Origin: an uncultured Acidobacteriota bacterium
Lineage (GTDB): Bacteria > Acidobacteriota > Vicinamibacteria > Fen-336
DNA length: 64,000 nucleotides
Assembly (NCBI GenBank): GCA_963720545.1
Contig: OY970399.1
Coordinates: forward strand, 2,016,001-2,080,000
Reading direction: 5' to 3'
The notes beneath the pieces were generated by a model. That model was given only the letters and a program-made list of their open reading frames with translations. It searched no databases and had not been told where the DNA came from. The stretch's first letter is position 1; the number at the start of each line of letters is the position of its first letter. The translations under genes and the position numbers were made by a program. Positions 1 through 12,754 of the stretch are shown piece by piece.

Positions 1-1527
1 GTCGTTGAGGATGACACCGGGATTGAGGGTGCCGGCGGGGTCGAGCAGCTTCTTGATCGCTACCATCGCCGCATAAGCCGGCTCGCCCCACTCGCGCTTC
101 ACGAACGGCGCCATGTTGCGCCCCGAGCCGTGCTCTGCCTTGAGGGCGCCGTCGTACTTGCCGATGATGACGTCGGCCAGCTCGTCCATGAAGCGCTCGT
201 AGCGCTCGACCGTCGCCTTGCGGGCGAAATCTTCCGCCAGCAGGAAGTGCAGGTTGCCGTCGCGCGCATGGCCGACGATCGAGGCACCCGGATACCCGTG
301 GCGCACGAACAGCCGCTGCAGGTCGGCGATGCCCTCCGCGAGCCGCTCGCGCGGCACCAGCACGTCCTCGGTGATGAGCGTCGTGCCGGGCGGGCGGGCG
401 CCGCCGACGGTGGCGAACAGGCCCTTGCGCAGCTTCCACAAGCGCTCGCGGCGCGGGGCGTCGGTCGTGAACTCCGGCGCGCGCAGCAGCTCGAAAGCGT
501 AGAGGGCGCGGGCTGCGCGCTGCACGGCCGCATCGAGATCGCCTCCGTCCGCCTCGCGAAATTCGACGAGCAGCGCGGCGGTGTCGTCGCCGATGGCAAA
601 CGGGGGCGGCGGCGCGTCGAGCGAGCGCAGGCAGGCTGCGTCCATGATCTCGATGGCGGCGGCGCCGGCAGCGGCGAGCGGGTCCACCGCGTCGCCGGCA
701 TCGGTGAGCCGCGCGAAGTACACGAGGTCGGTGGCGCGCAGCGGCGGATCGGGCACGGTGCGCAGCGTCATCGCGGCCACGAAGCCGAGGGTGCCCTGCG
801 AGCCGACCATGAGGTGCGCGAGGATCTGCGCGGCACTGTCGTGCTCGAGGAACGACTGCAGGCTGTAGCCCATGGTGTTCTTGCGCTGCACCTTGGTGCG
901 GATGCGCGCGGCGAGCGCCGCGTCGGCCCGGACCGAGTCGCGCATGGCGATGAGGCCGCGGTGCACGTCGGGGCGGTCCGCAAGCAGGCGCGCGTCGGCG
1001 TCCTCGGATCCGGTATCGACGCGGGTGCCGTCGGCGAGCAAAAAACGCGCGCTCGCCAGTGTGTGGTAGGTGTTCTGCACGACGCCGCAGCACATCCCCG
1101 AGGAGTTGTTGGCGAAGATGCCGCCCATCATCGCCGCGTCGATCGACGCGGGATCGGGGCCGATGCGGCGTGCGAAGGGTGCCAGCAGGCGGTTCAGGTG
1201 GCCGCCGATCACTCCTGGCGCGGTGCGCACCAGCCGGCCCTCGTCCAGGACTTCGTGGGCACGAAAGTGCGGCGCCAGCTCCACCAGCAGGTCGTCGCTC
1301 AGCGCCTGCCCCGAGAGCGAGGTGCCGGCGGTGCGAAACGTCAGATGACGGCCGGCGCGCCGCGCGTAGTCGAGAAGCGCCGCGACGTCGTCCTCGTCGC
1401 GCGGCCGCACGATGGCTTGCGGCATCAGGCGGTAGAGCGACGCGTCGGCGGAGCGCACCAGGCGGTCGATGCTGCGGTCGAGCACCGCCGCCGCGCCGAG
1501 GACCCGCCGCAGTTCAGCGTTGCTCAT
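1..1527 (-). CDS. FAD-binding oxidoreductase (D-lactate dehydrogenase Dld-II/GlcD-like), runs off window end
   Basis: Manual translation from ATG 1527: MSNAELRRVLG...DASLYRLMPQAIVRP...FRTAGTSLSGQA...GPDPASIDAAMMGGIFANNSSGMCCG; FAD-binding_4 motifs and GSEGTLG, HARDGNLH, SLKAEHG further on. Confidence 0.85.
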   Translation of the reverse strand, partial: MSNAELRRVLGAAAVLDRSIDRLVRSADASLYRLMPQAIVRPRDEDDVAALLDYARRAGRHLTFRTAGTSLSGQALSDDLLVELAPHFRAHEVLDEGRLVRTAPGVIGGHLNRLLAPFARRIGPDPASIDAAMMGGIFANNSSGMCCGVVQNTYHTLASARFLLADGTRVDTGSEDADARLLADRPDVHRGLIAMRDSVRADAALAARIRTKVQRKNTMGYSLQSFLEHDSAAQILAHLMVGSQGTLGFVAAMTLRTVPDPPLRATDLVYFARLTDAGDAVDPLAAAGAAAIEIMDAACLRSLDAPPPPFAIGDDTAALLVEFREADGGDLDAAVQRAARALYAFELLRAPEFTTDAPRRERLWKLRKGLFATVGGARPPGTTLITEDVLVPRERLAEGIADLQRLFVRHGYPGASIVGHARDGNLHFLLAEDFARKATVERYERFMDELADVIIGKYDGALKAEHGSGRNMAPFVKREWGEPAYAAMVAIKKLLDPAGTLNPGVILND

Positions 1528-1584
1528 GGTGCGCGCATGATTCTAAGATCCGCCGTCGTCAACGTCGTCCGAGGGAGGCTCGAC

Positions 1585-2043
1585 ATGCAGCGCACACTAC
1601 TCTTTGCCGCCGGTCTTGCGGCCGGACTGCTGGTCGCGGCGCCCAGCGGCCGCGGCGCCGAACCGGCCCGCAAGGTCATAAACCTGCCTGCACGGCAGGT
1701 CGCGGCACCGTTCAGCGACAGCATCCTTGCCGGCAACACCTTGTATCTCGCCGGCAAGATCGGCCTCGATCCGGCGACCCGCAAGGTGCCCGCCGATGCC
1801 GACCAGGAAGCGCGGCTCATGCTCGATGCGATGCAGGCCAACCTGGCGGCGGCCGGCCTCACCATGGACGACCTCGTGAAGGTTGAGGTGCACTGTTCGG
1901 ACGTGTCGCTCTACGACCGCTTCAATGCCGTCTACAAGACCTACTTCAAGCACAGCGATTATCCGGCACGCGCCTTTCTCGGCTCGGGCCCGCTGCTGTT
2001 CGGCGCCCGCTTCGAGATCACCGGCGTCGCGGTGAAGCCCTGA
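1585..2043 (+). CDS. RidA/YjgF/UK114 family protein with N-terminal signal peptide
   Basis: GGGAGG RBS before ATG 1585; APFSDSILAGNTLYLAGKIG, FNAVYKTYF, YPARA, FEITGVA motifs. Confidence 0.85.
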   Translation: MQRTLLFAAGLAAGLLVAAPSGRGAEPARKVINLPARQVAAPFSDSILAGNTLYLAGKIGLDPATRKVPADADQEARLMLDAMQANLAAAGLTMDDLVKVEVHCSDVSLYDRFNAVYKTYFKHSDYPARAFLGSGPLLFGARFEITGVAVKP

Positions 2044-2045
2044 TC

Positions 2046-2093
2046 CGTTTTCCCGAAGCGGCCAATTTCGTTGGCGCCCGCGAGGGATCTCTG
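2046..2093. repeat. REP-like intergenic repeat, copy 1
   Basis: CGTTTTCCCGAAGCGGCCAATTTCGTTGGCGCCCGCGAGGGATCTCTG; 45/48 identical to 3805-3852; between convergent genes. Confidence 0.8.
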
Positions 2094-2107
2094 GAGATGC
2101 TCCCGCC

Positions 2108-2599
2108 CTAGCGCGAAAAATCGCCGACCGCGACCCACAGCCGCTGCACGTCGCCGCCGGCGTCGATGGTGAGAGTCGAGGTCTTCGTGGTCGTCAGCCG
2201 GTCGCGCACCATGCCGCGTGCGTCGGTGCGCAGCACGCGGCCGTTGGAGAAGAGGGCGCCCTCGGATGCCTTCAGCTTCACCTGCACCCCCGGCCACACG
2301 GCGCCGCCCGGCTTTTTCACGCGAATGAGGATCTGCGCCGCGCCGCCGCCCGGCGGCAGGGTGCGCGGCTCGCTCCAGGCGCTCACGAGCGGCCCCGAAA
2401 CCCGCGCCGGCTCGCCGCCATGCTGCGCCGGCGACGAGGACCTGGGGGTGGGCGACGGCGATGGAGTGGGCTTCGTGGCGCCGGGGCGCGACGGGGCGGG
2501 TGAAGGCTTGCCCGGCGCTCGCGGCCCGGGCTGGGCATGGCATGCCGCAAACAGCAGGCACACCCCAACGAGGAAACGGCCACGGCTCACGTGTTCCAT
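2108..2599 (-). CDS. Putative lipoprotein with Pro-rich linker and Ig-like (Big_1-like) domain
   Basis: MEHVSRGRFLVGVCLLFAAC lipobox-like; PSPAPS/PTPSPSPTP linker; PGVQVKLKASEG...TDARG beta-rich domain. Confidence 0.55.
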   Translation of the reverse strand: MEHVSRGRFLVGVCLLFAACHAQPGPRAPGKPSPAPSRPGATKPTPSPSPTPRSSSPAQHGGEPARVSGPLVSAWSEPRTLPPGGGAAQILIRVKKPGGAVWPGVQVKLKASEGALFSNGRVLRTDARGMVRDRLTTTKTSTLTIDAGGDVQRLWVAVGDFSR

Positions 2600-2670
2600 C
2601 CTACACGGGGGCGCGCCGCGATTGACCCCCATCGCCCCGGCACGTAATCTCCCCAGCGGAACCACTTTTC

Positions 2671-3792
2671 GTGCAGGATTTTCTCCCCGGTTCGTCGGCC
2701 GACGGCCCTGAAGGCAGGTCACAGGTCCGCATCTCCACCGACAACCTGCGGCGGTCCCTGGCGATCGTCGCCGCCAACACCCTCGGCCCGGTTGCCCGCT
2801 TCCTGACGTGGTTCTACGCGGTCCTGCTGGTGATCCATTCGGTCGTGGTGCCGTGGCCGCAGAAGACCTGGATGATGGCGAGCGCGCTGGGCACGGCACT
2901 GCTGCTGGGCGCCTTCCAGTACGGGGTCAAGCAGGGCTATGTGTCGATGCGGTACGTTCACGGCTTCGAGGGCCTGGTCGCGGGACTGCTGATCTGGAAC
3001 TCGATCCTGCAGCTGTACCTGATGGCCGATCCGCGCCAGACGACGAACGTGGTGCTGATCCTCGCCGGCTGCGGTTTCCTGTTCGTGTCGCGCGGCTGGC
3101 TGCTGCTCGCCATCGCCTTCGCGGTGCTCGGCTGGTCGCTTTGCATGTACCTCATCGGCGTGTCGGTGTCCGACTGGGCGCACTACGGGTTCGCGGTCGC
3201 GGAAGCGTCGCTGGTCGGGTACTTCGTCCACGTCGTCACCATCCGCCGCCTGCAGCACCTGCACCTCACCGAGACCGCGCACAAGCAGCGGCTCGAGCAG
3301 ACCTCGGAAGAGTTCCGGCGCCTGGCGCTCGTGGATACGCTCACCGAGGTGGACAACCGGCGCAGCCTGATGAACGTCGGCGAGCATCGGCTGCGGCTCG
3401 CCCAGCGCACCGGCCAGGCGCTGACCCTGCTGTTCGTGGACATCGACAACATGAAGGTGATCAACGACGCCCACGGACACCAGGAAGGCGACCGCGCGCT
3501 GCGCGACACCGCGAAGATCATGCTCGCGACCTTCCGCGACTCGGACATCGTGGCGCGCATCGGCGGCGACGAGTTCTGTGCGCTCGTCGAGGGCTATTCG
3601 GAAGAGAACGGCCCGGAGAAGCGGCTGCAGGTCGCGATCGACCACTCGAACGCGCAGCGCCAGCGCGGCTATCGCCTCTCGGTGAGCGTCGGCACCGCGG
3701 TCTTCGATCCGGGCAATCCCTGCTCGATGGAGGACCTCATCGAACGGGCCGACCGGTCGATGTACGAACAGAAGAAGAAACGGCCGGCGTAA
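2671..3792 (+). CDS. Membrane-bound diguanylate cyclase (GGDEF)
   Basis: Several N-terminal TM segments; [34 protein letters not shown]. Confidence 0.9.
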   Translation: MQDFLPGSSADGPEGRSQVRISTDNLRRSLAIVAANTLGPVARFLTWFYAVLLVIHSVVVPWPQKTWMMASALGTALLLGAFQYGVKQGYVSMRYVHGFEGLVAGLLIWNSILQLYLMADPRQTTNVVLILAGCGFLFVSRGWLLLAIAFAVLGWSLCMYLIGVSVSDWAHYGFAVAEASLVGYFVHVVTIRRLQHLHLTETAHKQRLEQTSEEFRRLALVDTLTEVDNRRSLMNVGEHRLRLAQRTGQALTLLFVDIDNMKVINDAHGHQEGDRALRDTAKIMLATFRDSDIVARIGGDEFCALVEGYSEENGPEKRLQVAIDHSNAQRQRGYRLSVSVGTAVFDPGNPCSMEDLIERADRSMYEQKKKRPA

Positions 3793-3804
3793 CCACCGCA
3801 GGAT

Positions 3805-3852
3805 CGTTTTCCCGAAGCGGCCCATTGCGTTGGCGGCCGCGAGGGATCTCTG
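3805..3852. repeat. REP-like intergenic repeat, copy 2
   Basis: CGTTTTCCCGAAGCGGCCCATTGCGTTGGCGGCCGCGAGGGATCTCTG between convergent GGDEF and dnaE2 genes. Confidence 0.8.
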
Positions 3853-6936
<3,084 letters not shown>

Positions 6937-6941
6937 GGGGA

Positions 6942-6971
6942 ATCCTATAGCGAACAAAAGGCGAAAGTAAA
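6942..6971 (-). promoter_or_regulatory. Putative LexA (SOS) box within a sigma70-like promoter of dnaE2
   Basis: TAGCGAACAAAAGGCGAAAGT (6948-6968; GAAC-N7-GAAA), identical to the copy upstream of imuA; TTTACT...TAGGAT on the minus strand. Confidence 0.7.
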
Positions 6972-7086
6972 TACGCACACGGAAACGCCTGCCGCCCTTT
7001 TGGAACCGCATCCGCATGGCTCTCGTATAATCAGCACCTGCCTTGTATCTTGTTCAAAATTACAGATTTAGCTTAGCGAGGGTCCC

Positions 7087-9135
7087 ATGACCAAGGTCCG
7101 CATCGCCGCGCTCGCCGTGCTTGCCGCAGCGCTCGCCTCGGGCGGCGGTTCGCTGCGCGCCCAGGAAAAGGAAGCGGCAGCGGCATTGAAGCCGGGGTTC
7201 GACATCCGCACGCTCGACCGCAGCGTGTCGGCGTGCGACGACTTCTACCAGTTTGCCTGCGGCGGCTGGCTCAAGCAGGCCGAGATCCCGGCCGATCGTT
7301 CCCGCTGGGGGCGGTCCTCGGAACTCGGTGCGCGCAACGAAGCGACGCTGCACGAGATCCTCGAGGAAGTGTCGAAGGACGACCCGAAGCGCGACCCGGT
7401 GAACCGCCAGATCGGCGACGCGTACGCGGCGTGCATGGACCAGGCCGGCATCGAGAAGCTGGGGCTTGGCCCCATCAAGCCTGAGCTCGACCGCATCGCG
7501 GCGCTCGCCGGCACCGACGGCATCCCGGCGCTCACCGGCGAGCTGCACATGATCGGCGTCAACGTGCTCTTCGGCTTCGGCGCCGAGCAGGACTTCAAGG
7601 TGCCAAGCCAGATCCTCGCCATCGCCGACCAGGGCGGGCTGGGCCTGCCCGACCGCGACTACTACTTCAAGGACGATGCGAAGTCGAAGGAGATCCGCGA
7701 CGGCTACGTCGCCCATGTCACGAAGATGATGACGCTCGCCGGCGAGTCTGCAGAGCAGGCGGCGGCGGCGGCGAAGGCGGTGATGGCGTTCGAGACGGCG
7801 CTCGCGAACGTGTCGGCCGACCGGCTGAGCCGCCGCGATCCCGCAAGCCTCTACCACCCCACCGAGCGCAAGGACCTGCAGCCGCTGACGCCGCACTTCT
7901 CCTGGGACGCGTATTTCAAGACGATCGCGGCGCCGTCCATCGCGAGCGTCAACATCACGCATCCGGAATTCTTCAAGGGCTTCGACGCGGCGATCACGGC
8001 AACCGACCTCGCCGCCTGGAAGACCTACTTCAAGTGGCAGACGATCCACGCCGCGGCGCCGCTGCTGCCGAAGGCGTTCGTCGACGAGAACTTCGCGTTC
8101 TACGGTGCGGCGCTCACCGGCGCCAAGGAACTGCGGCCGCGCTGGAAGACCTGCGTCGAGCGCGTGGACAACGAGCTGGGCGAGGCGCTCGGCAAGTCGT
8201 TCGTCGAGCGCCGCTTCGGCGCCGACGGCAAGGCGCGCATGCTGGCGATGGTTGCGGCACTCGAGAAGTCGCTGCGCGCCGACATCAAGACCGTGCCGTG
8301 GATGACCGAAGCAACGCGCGCCAAGGCGCTCGAGAAGCTCACGGCCTTCGGCACCAAGATCGGCTATCCCGACACCTGGCGCGACTATTCGTCGATCAAG
8401 GTGACGCGCGGCGATGCCGTCGGCAACTCCGACCGCGCCACCCGCTTCGAGTTCGCGCGCCAGCTCGCACGGATCGGCAAGCCGCTCGACCGCAAGGAAT
8501 GGAGCATGACGCCGCCGACCGTGAACGCCGGCTACCATCCGCTGCGCAACGACATCAGCTTCCCCGCCGGCATCCTGCAGCCGCCGTTCTTCGACAAGGA
8601 CATCGACGACCCGATCAACTTCGGCGGCATCGGCGCCGTCATCGGCCATGAAATGACGCACGGCTTCGACGACCAGGGCCGCCAGTTCGCCGCCGACGGC
8701 AGCCTCACCGACTGGTGGACCGAGGTCGACGGCAAGGAGTTCGAGAAGCGCGCCGCCTGCATCGCCGACGAGTACAGCGGGTTCACGGCCATAGACGACG
8801 TCAAGCTGAACGGCAAGCTGACGCTCGGCGAGAACGTCGCCGACAACGGCGGCGTGCGCATCGCCTACGCGGCGCTCCTCGACCTGCTGGGCGGCAAGCA
8901 GGCGGCGTCGATCGACGGCTTCACGCCGCAGCAGCGTTTCTTCCTCGGCTACGGCCAGATCTGGTGCGAGCAGCAGCGCCCGGAGATGGCGCGGCTGCGC
9001 GCCCAGGTGGACGTGCACTCGACCGCTCAGGCGCGCGTCAATGGTGTGGTGTCCAACATGCCGGAGTTCGCGCAGGCGTTCGGCTGCGCGGCCGGGGCGA
9101 AGATGGTGCGCGCCAACGCCTGCAAGGTCTGGTAA
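7087..9135 (+). CDS. M13 family metallopeptidase (neprilysin/PepO-like), secreted
   Basis: Signal peptide; CDDFYQFACGGW, VNAGY, GHEMTHGFDDQG, TLGENVADNGG. Confidence 0.95.
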   Translation: MTKVRIAALAVLAAALASGGGSLRAQEKEAAAALKPGFDIRTLDRSVSACDDFYQFACGGWLKQAEIPADRSRWGRSSELGARNEATLHEILEEVSKDDPKRDPVNRQIGDAYAACMDQAGIEKLGLGPIKPELDRIAALAGTDGIPALTGELHMIGVNVLFGFGAEQDFKVPSQILAIADQGGLGLPDRDYYFKDDAKSKEIRDGYVAHVTKMMTLAGESAEQAAAAAKAVMAFETALANVSADRLSRRDPASLYHPTERKDLQPLTPHFSWDAYFKTIAAPSIASVNITHPEFFKGFDAAITATDLAAWKTYFKWQTIHAAAPLLPKAFVDENFAFYGAALTGAKELRPRWKTCVERVDNELGEALGKSFVERRFGADGKARMLAMVAALEKSLRADIKTVPWMTEATRAKALEKLTAFGTKIGYPDTWRDYSSIKVTRGDAVGNSDRATRFEFARQLARIGKPLDRKEWSMTPPTVNAGYHPLRNDISFPAGILQPPFFDKDIDDPINFGGIGAVIGHEMTHGFDDQGRQFAADGSLTDWWTEVDGKEFEKRAACIADEYSGFTAIDDVKLNGKLTLGENVADNGGVRIAYAALLDLLGGKQAASIDGFTPQQRFFLGYGQIWCEQQRPEMARLRAQVDVHSTAQARVNGVVSNMPEFAQAFGCAAGAKMVRANACKVW

Positions 9136-10626
9136 CTACTCGACCCGCCCCTCCAAAAACCAACGCTGGCGGGGGCGGTCGTAGTAGATCCACAGCACGT
9201 CGCCGCTTGCGAGCGACGCGAAGTAGTACTCGCGCTGCACCTCGCCGCGCCACCAGCCGCCGGCGAGGACGTAGGGGCCGGTGAATTTCTCGACCCGGCC
9301 ATGCTCGATGCCGCGCAGCAGCCAGCCGTCGGGCTCATGCCGCGGCCGCGGCGGCAGCGACACGGGCTTGTCGTAGAGCCGGCGCACCAGCGGGCGTAGC
9401 GGCACCACGCGCGGCTTCGCTCCGGCGGAATCGAGCCGCTGCAACGGCTGCCATTCGAAGCCGGCGCGCGGCAGGTGCGCGTCGCGCAGCACCGCGCGCA
9501 CCACCGCGTCGTCGCCAAGCTCCGAACGCAGGCGCGCGAACGCGCGCGCCATGGCATCGTAGTCGCGCCGCCCGCGGGTGATGGCGAGCCGGATCTGCTC
9601 GGCCGGCGCGCGCACGCCTTGCGCCTCGAGGCCGATGGCGACGACACCGCAGCGCAGGACCAGGGTGCCAAGCCGCAGCCGCAGCAGGTTCAAGACCTGC
9701 ACGCCGTCGAGGGTGGGCGCGGCGGTGCGGATGCACTCCTCCTGCAGCGAATGGTCGTCGAGCTGCAGGTGGATGCGCAGCGCCGTCAGCGCCTCGCCGC
9801 GCTGGCGCAGGTCGTAAAGCAGCGGATCGAGCAGCTGCTTGCACGCGAACAGCAGGCGTTCGACGTCGGAATCGGGATAGCCGAGGTCGTGGTCGCGCCG
9901 CAGTTTGACAACCGGCGGCTGCGGCAGAAGCGGCGAGAACGCCTTGCCGGCCGCGAGGCAGTGCAGCGACCACGCCGCCTTGCCGAAGCGCTCCAGCAGT
10001 CCCTCGGCTGGCAGCTCGAGAAACTCGCCCAGGTTGCGGATGCCGAGCTGCAGCAAGTCGTCGCGCACCGCGGCCTCGAAGTCGAGGAGCCTCAGGGGTA
10101 CGCGGCGCATCGCCGCCTGCTCTTCCGCGGCGCTCTCGAAAACCCGGGTCTCGCGGACCAGGCGGGTGGTGGCGTAGGTGCCGAAGCGGCTGAAACCAAC
10201 CACGATGCCGGCGGCCAACGAAGCCGCGGCGCAATCGTCGCGGATGGCCTTGGCCCACTGCGCTAGTTGCGGGTAGAGGCGGCGAAAGCCGCTGGCGTCG
10301 AGCCAGAAGATTCCCGGCAATCCCGGCGCGGGTTCGACGTGCGGCGTGAAGCGGTGCAGGCGCGCCGCCAGTTCTGCCACCAGAGCACTCGTGGCAGCCT
10401 CGGACACGGTGCCGGCGCGCAGCTCGCGGCACACGGCGAGCGCCGCGGCATAGCGCTGCCCCGGCAGCACGCCGCCACGCCGCGCCTGCTCGTTGACGTA
10501 GCGCAGGAGCGCCGTCGGCTTGTCTTCCGCGACCACCGCCACCGGCTGGTCGCGCCACTCGGGGTGCTCGCGCAGCAGCTGCTGCAGCGGCAGCGCCGGC
10601 GCGTCAACGCAAGCCAGCCGGCCCAC
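9136..10626 (-). CDS. imuB: Y-family polymerase-like protein ImuB
   Basis: LACVDAPALPLQ, VNEQARRGGVLPG, QLGIRNLGEF, C-terminal GGWW/REYY/LWIYYD; follows imuA. Confidence 0.85.
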   Translation of the reverse strand: MGRLACVDAPALPLQQLLREHPEWRDQPVAVVAEDKPTALLRYVNEQARRGGVLPGQRYAAALAVCRELRAGTVSEAATSALVAELAARLHRFTPHVEPAPGLPGIFWLDASGFRRLYPQLAQWAKAIRDDCAAASLAAGIVVGFSRFGTYATTRLVRETRVFESAAEEQAAMRRVPLRLLDFEAAVRDDLLQLGIRNLGEFLELPAEGLLERFGKAAWSLHCLAAGKAFSPLLPQPPVVKLRRDHDLGYPDSDVERLLFACKQLLDPLLYDLRQRGEALTALRIHLQLDDHSLQEECIRTAAPTLDGVQVLNLLRLRLGTLVLRCGVVAIGLEAQGVRAPAEQIRLAITRGRRDYDAMARAFARLRSELGDDAVVRAVLRDAHLPRAGFEWQPLQRLDSAGAKPRVVPLRPLVRRLYDKPVSLPPRPRHEPDGWLLRGIEHGRVEKFTGPYVLAGGWWRGEVQREYYFASLASGDVLWIYYDRPRQRWFLEGRVE

Positions 10627-11242
10627 GGCACGCCTCCGTCGCGGTGGCTCCCGGGCCGCGGCGCTTGTCTTTCAGCACCGCCACCTGCACCTGCATGGCG
10701 CCGCTTTTGGCAACGCTGCGCACGGCTTCGGCGCGCAGGGAAACGAGCGAGCTGATGGATGCGGACGCCGCGGGCTTGTCGGTGAGGAACACGATCGCCG
10801 TTTCGTGCTTCTGGGCCAGGCCCGCGAGCCGCGTGAGGATGGCGGCCTGGGCATGGCCCGAGAGGGCGCCCGCGGCGCGGTCGAGGTCGATGACGATGAG
10901 GCCGAAGGCGCCGCTGCGCGCCAGCTGCTCGGCGGCGCGGCCGGCTTTCGCCGCATCGGCGGCGCGCACCACCGCGAGGCTCGCGAGGTCGATGCCGCCG
11001 TCGGCGGCGTCGCGCGGCAGGAATGAGCTGCCGCGCACCAGCACCCAGGCCGCCGGCTCGCCGGCCTGCTGCGCGTCGAGCACCAGGCCGAAGGCCGCGG
11101 TAAGCCGCGCCGAGGCCGGCGCGTTCGACAGCTCGCACAGGCGGCCGTTCAATTCCGTGAGGGAAAATCCGCGGGCGGACGCGGGCGCCGCGCTGACGAG
11201 ATCGCGCAGGCGCAGCATCGGACTCTGGAGCACGCGAGCCAC
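10604..11242 (-). CDS. imuA: RecA-like ImuA protein
   Basis: GRLCELS, GIDLASLAVV, AEQLARSGAFGLIVID RecA-fold motifs; overlaps the imuB start. Confidence 0.8.
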   Translation of the reverse strand: MARVLQSPMLRLRDLVSAAPASARGFSLTELNGRLCELSNAPASARLTAAFGLVLDAQQAGEPAAWVLVRGSSFLPRDAADGGIDLASLAVVRAADAAKAGRAAEQLARSGAFGLIVIDLDRAAGALSGHAQAAILTRLAGLAQKHETAIVFLTDKPAASASISSLVSLRAEAVRSVAKSGAMQVQVAVLKDKRRGPGATATEACRGPAGLR

Positions 11243-11247
11243 AGCTC

Positions 11248-11275
11248 ACTGTAGCGAACAAAAGGCGAAAGTCAA
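11248..11275 (-). promoter_or_regulatory. Promoter of imuA (TTGACT-16bp-TACAGT) with a putative LexA box in the spacer
   Basis: Exact 21-bp copy TAGCGAACAAAAGGCGAAAGT at 11252-11272; GTG start 5 bp after the -10 element. Confidence 0.7.
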
Positions 11276-11330
11276 CCTGAACCGCCTCGCGGATCAAGTA
11301 GATTGCGCTGAGCAACAAAGGAGCTGCCCA

Positions 11331-12752
11331 GTGCATCGTCTCGCCTTGACTGCCGTGCTCGTCGCCGCCACCTTCCTGCCGCTCGCCCACGCCGACAACG
11401 TGGACGACTTCATCAAGGCGGACATGGCGGCCCGCAAGATTCCCGGGGTGGCGATAGCGATCACCCGCGACGGCAAGGTGATCCGCGCGCAGGGCTACGG
11501 CCTCGCGAACATCGAACACCAGGTACCGGTGAAGCCGGAGACGGTGTTCCAGTCGGGCTCGGTCGGCAAGCAGTTCACCTCGATGGCGATCATGATGCTG
11601 GCGGAAGCCGGCAAGCTGTCGATCGACGACCCCGTTTCCAAGTATTTCGGCCCGACGCCGCTGAGCTGGAAGCCGATCAAGCTGCGCCACCTGCTCACCC
11701 ACACGTCCGGCATCAAGGACTGGGGCGAGCCGGAGCTCGACAACCGCCGCGACTACACCGAAGACCAGCTGGTGGCGGTGGCGAAGAAGCTGCCGCTCGA
11801 TTTCGTTCCCGGGACGCAGTGGAGCTACAGCAACACCGGCTACGTGCTGCTCGGCATCGTCATCCACAAGGTGAGCGGCCAGTTCTACGGCGACTTCCTG
11901 CAAGAGCGGGTCTTCAAGCCGCTCGGCATGAGCCGAACGCGCGTCATCAGCGAGCGCGACATCATCGCCGACCGCGCTGCCGGCTATGAGCTCGTGAAGG
12001 ACGAGCTGAAGAACCAGGAGTGGGTTTCGCCCATGCTCAACACCACGGCCGACGGCTCGCTCTACACCACGGTTCTCGACCTCGCGAAGTGGGACGCGGC
12101 GCTGCACGGCGAAGCGCTCGTGAAGAAGGCGACGCTCGACACGCTGTGGACGCCGGTGACGCTCAAGAACGGCCAGACCCGCCAGTACGGCTTCGGCTGG
12201 GGTTTCGACGTGCAACGCGGCCACCGCATCATCGAACACGGCGGCTCGTGGCAGGGCTTCCGCGCCACGGTCACGCGCTACGTGGACGACGGCCTCGGCA
12301 TCCTGATCCTCGCGAACCTGGCGCAGGCGCAGCCCGAGGCGATGAGCCACGCGGTGGCGGGCCTCCTCGAACCGGCGCTGGCGCTGCCCGATCCGCGCAA
12401 GCCCGGCACCGATCCCGACCCGAAGCGCTCGGCGGCGCTCGCGGAGCTGCTCGCGAACTGGACCGTGTTCAAGCCGGCGCCGCTCATGGCCACGGCGCTC
12501 AGCACGGACAACTCGCAAACGCCGCGCTCGAAGGCGGGCCGCAAGTACGTCGGCGACGTGCTTGCGAAGAAGACCTCGTTCGATTTCCTGGTCAGCGACG
12601 ACGTCGCCGGCAAGGGCTTCGTGCGCCGCAGCGTCCCGGTTGCGAGCATCCTGCACTACGGGCTGCAGGCCGGCGGCAAGGCCTACACGATGCGCTTCTT
12701 TCTCGATGCCGACGGCAGGGTCATCGAGTTCGACTCCGAAGAAGCGGACTAG
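11331..12752 (+). CDS. Serine hydrolase, beta-lactamase class C/PBP-like family
   Basis: Signal peptide; FQSGSVGK (SxxK), LLTHTSG, YSN, HGG motifs. Confidence 0.9.
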   Translation: MHRLALTAVLVAATFLPLAHADNVDDFIKADMAARKIPGVAIAITRDGKVIRAQGYGLANIEHQVPVKPETVFQSGSVGKQFTSMAIMMLAEAGKLSIDDPVSKYFGPTPLSWKPIKLRHLLTHTSGIKDWGEPELDNRRDYTEDQLVAVAKKLPLDFVPGTQWSYSNTGYVLLGIVIHKVSGQFYGDFLQERVFKPLGMSRTRVISERDIIADRAAGYELVKDELKNQEWVSPMLNTTADGSLYTTVLDLAKWDAALHGEALVKKATLDTLWTPVTLKNGQTRQYGFGWGFDVQRGHRIIEHGGSWQGFRATVTRYVDDGLGILILANLAQAQPEAMSHAVAGLLEPALALPDPRKPGTDPDPKRSAALAELLANWTVFKPAPLMATALSTDNSQTPRSKAGRKYVGDVLAKKTSFDFLVSDDVAGKGFVRRSVPVASILHYGLQAGGKAYTMRFFLDADGRVIEFDSEEAD

Positions 12753-12754
12753 CG

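Noticed and set aside
11331..12752. Antibiotic-resistance beta-lactamase
   Set aside because: SxxK/YSN/HGG is shared by a broad serine hydrolase family; resistance function cannot be inferred.
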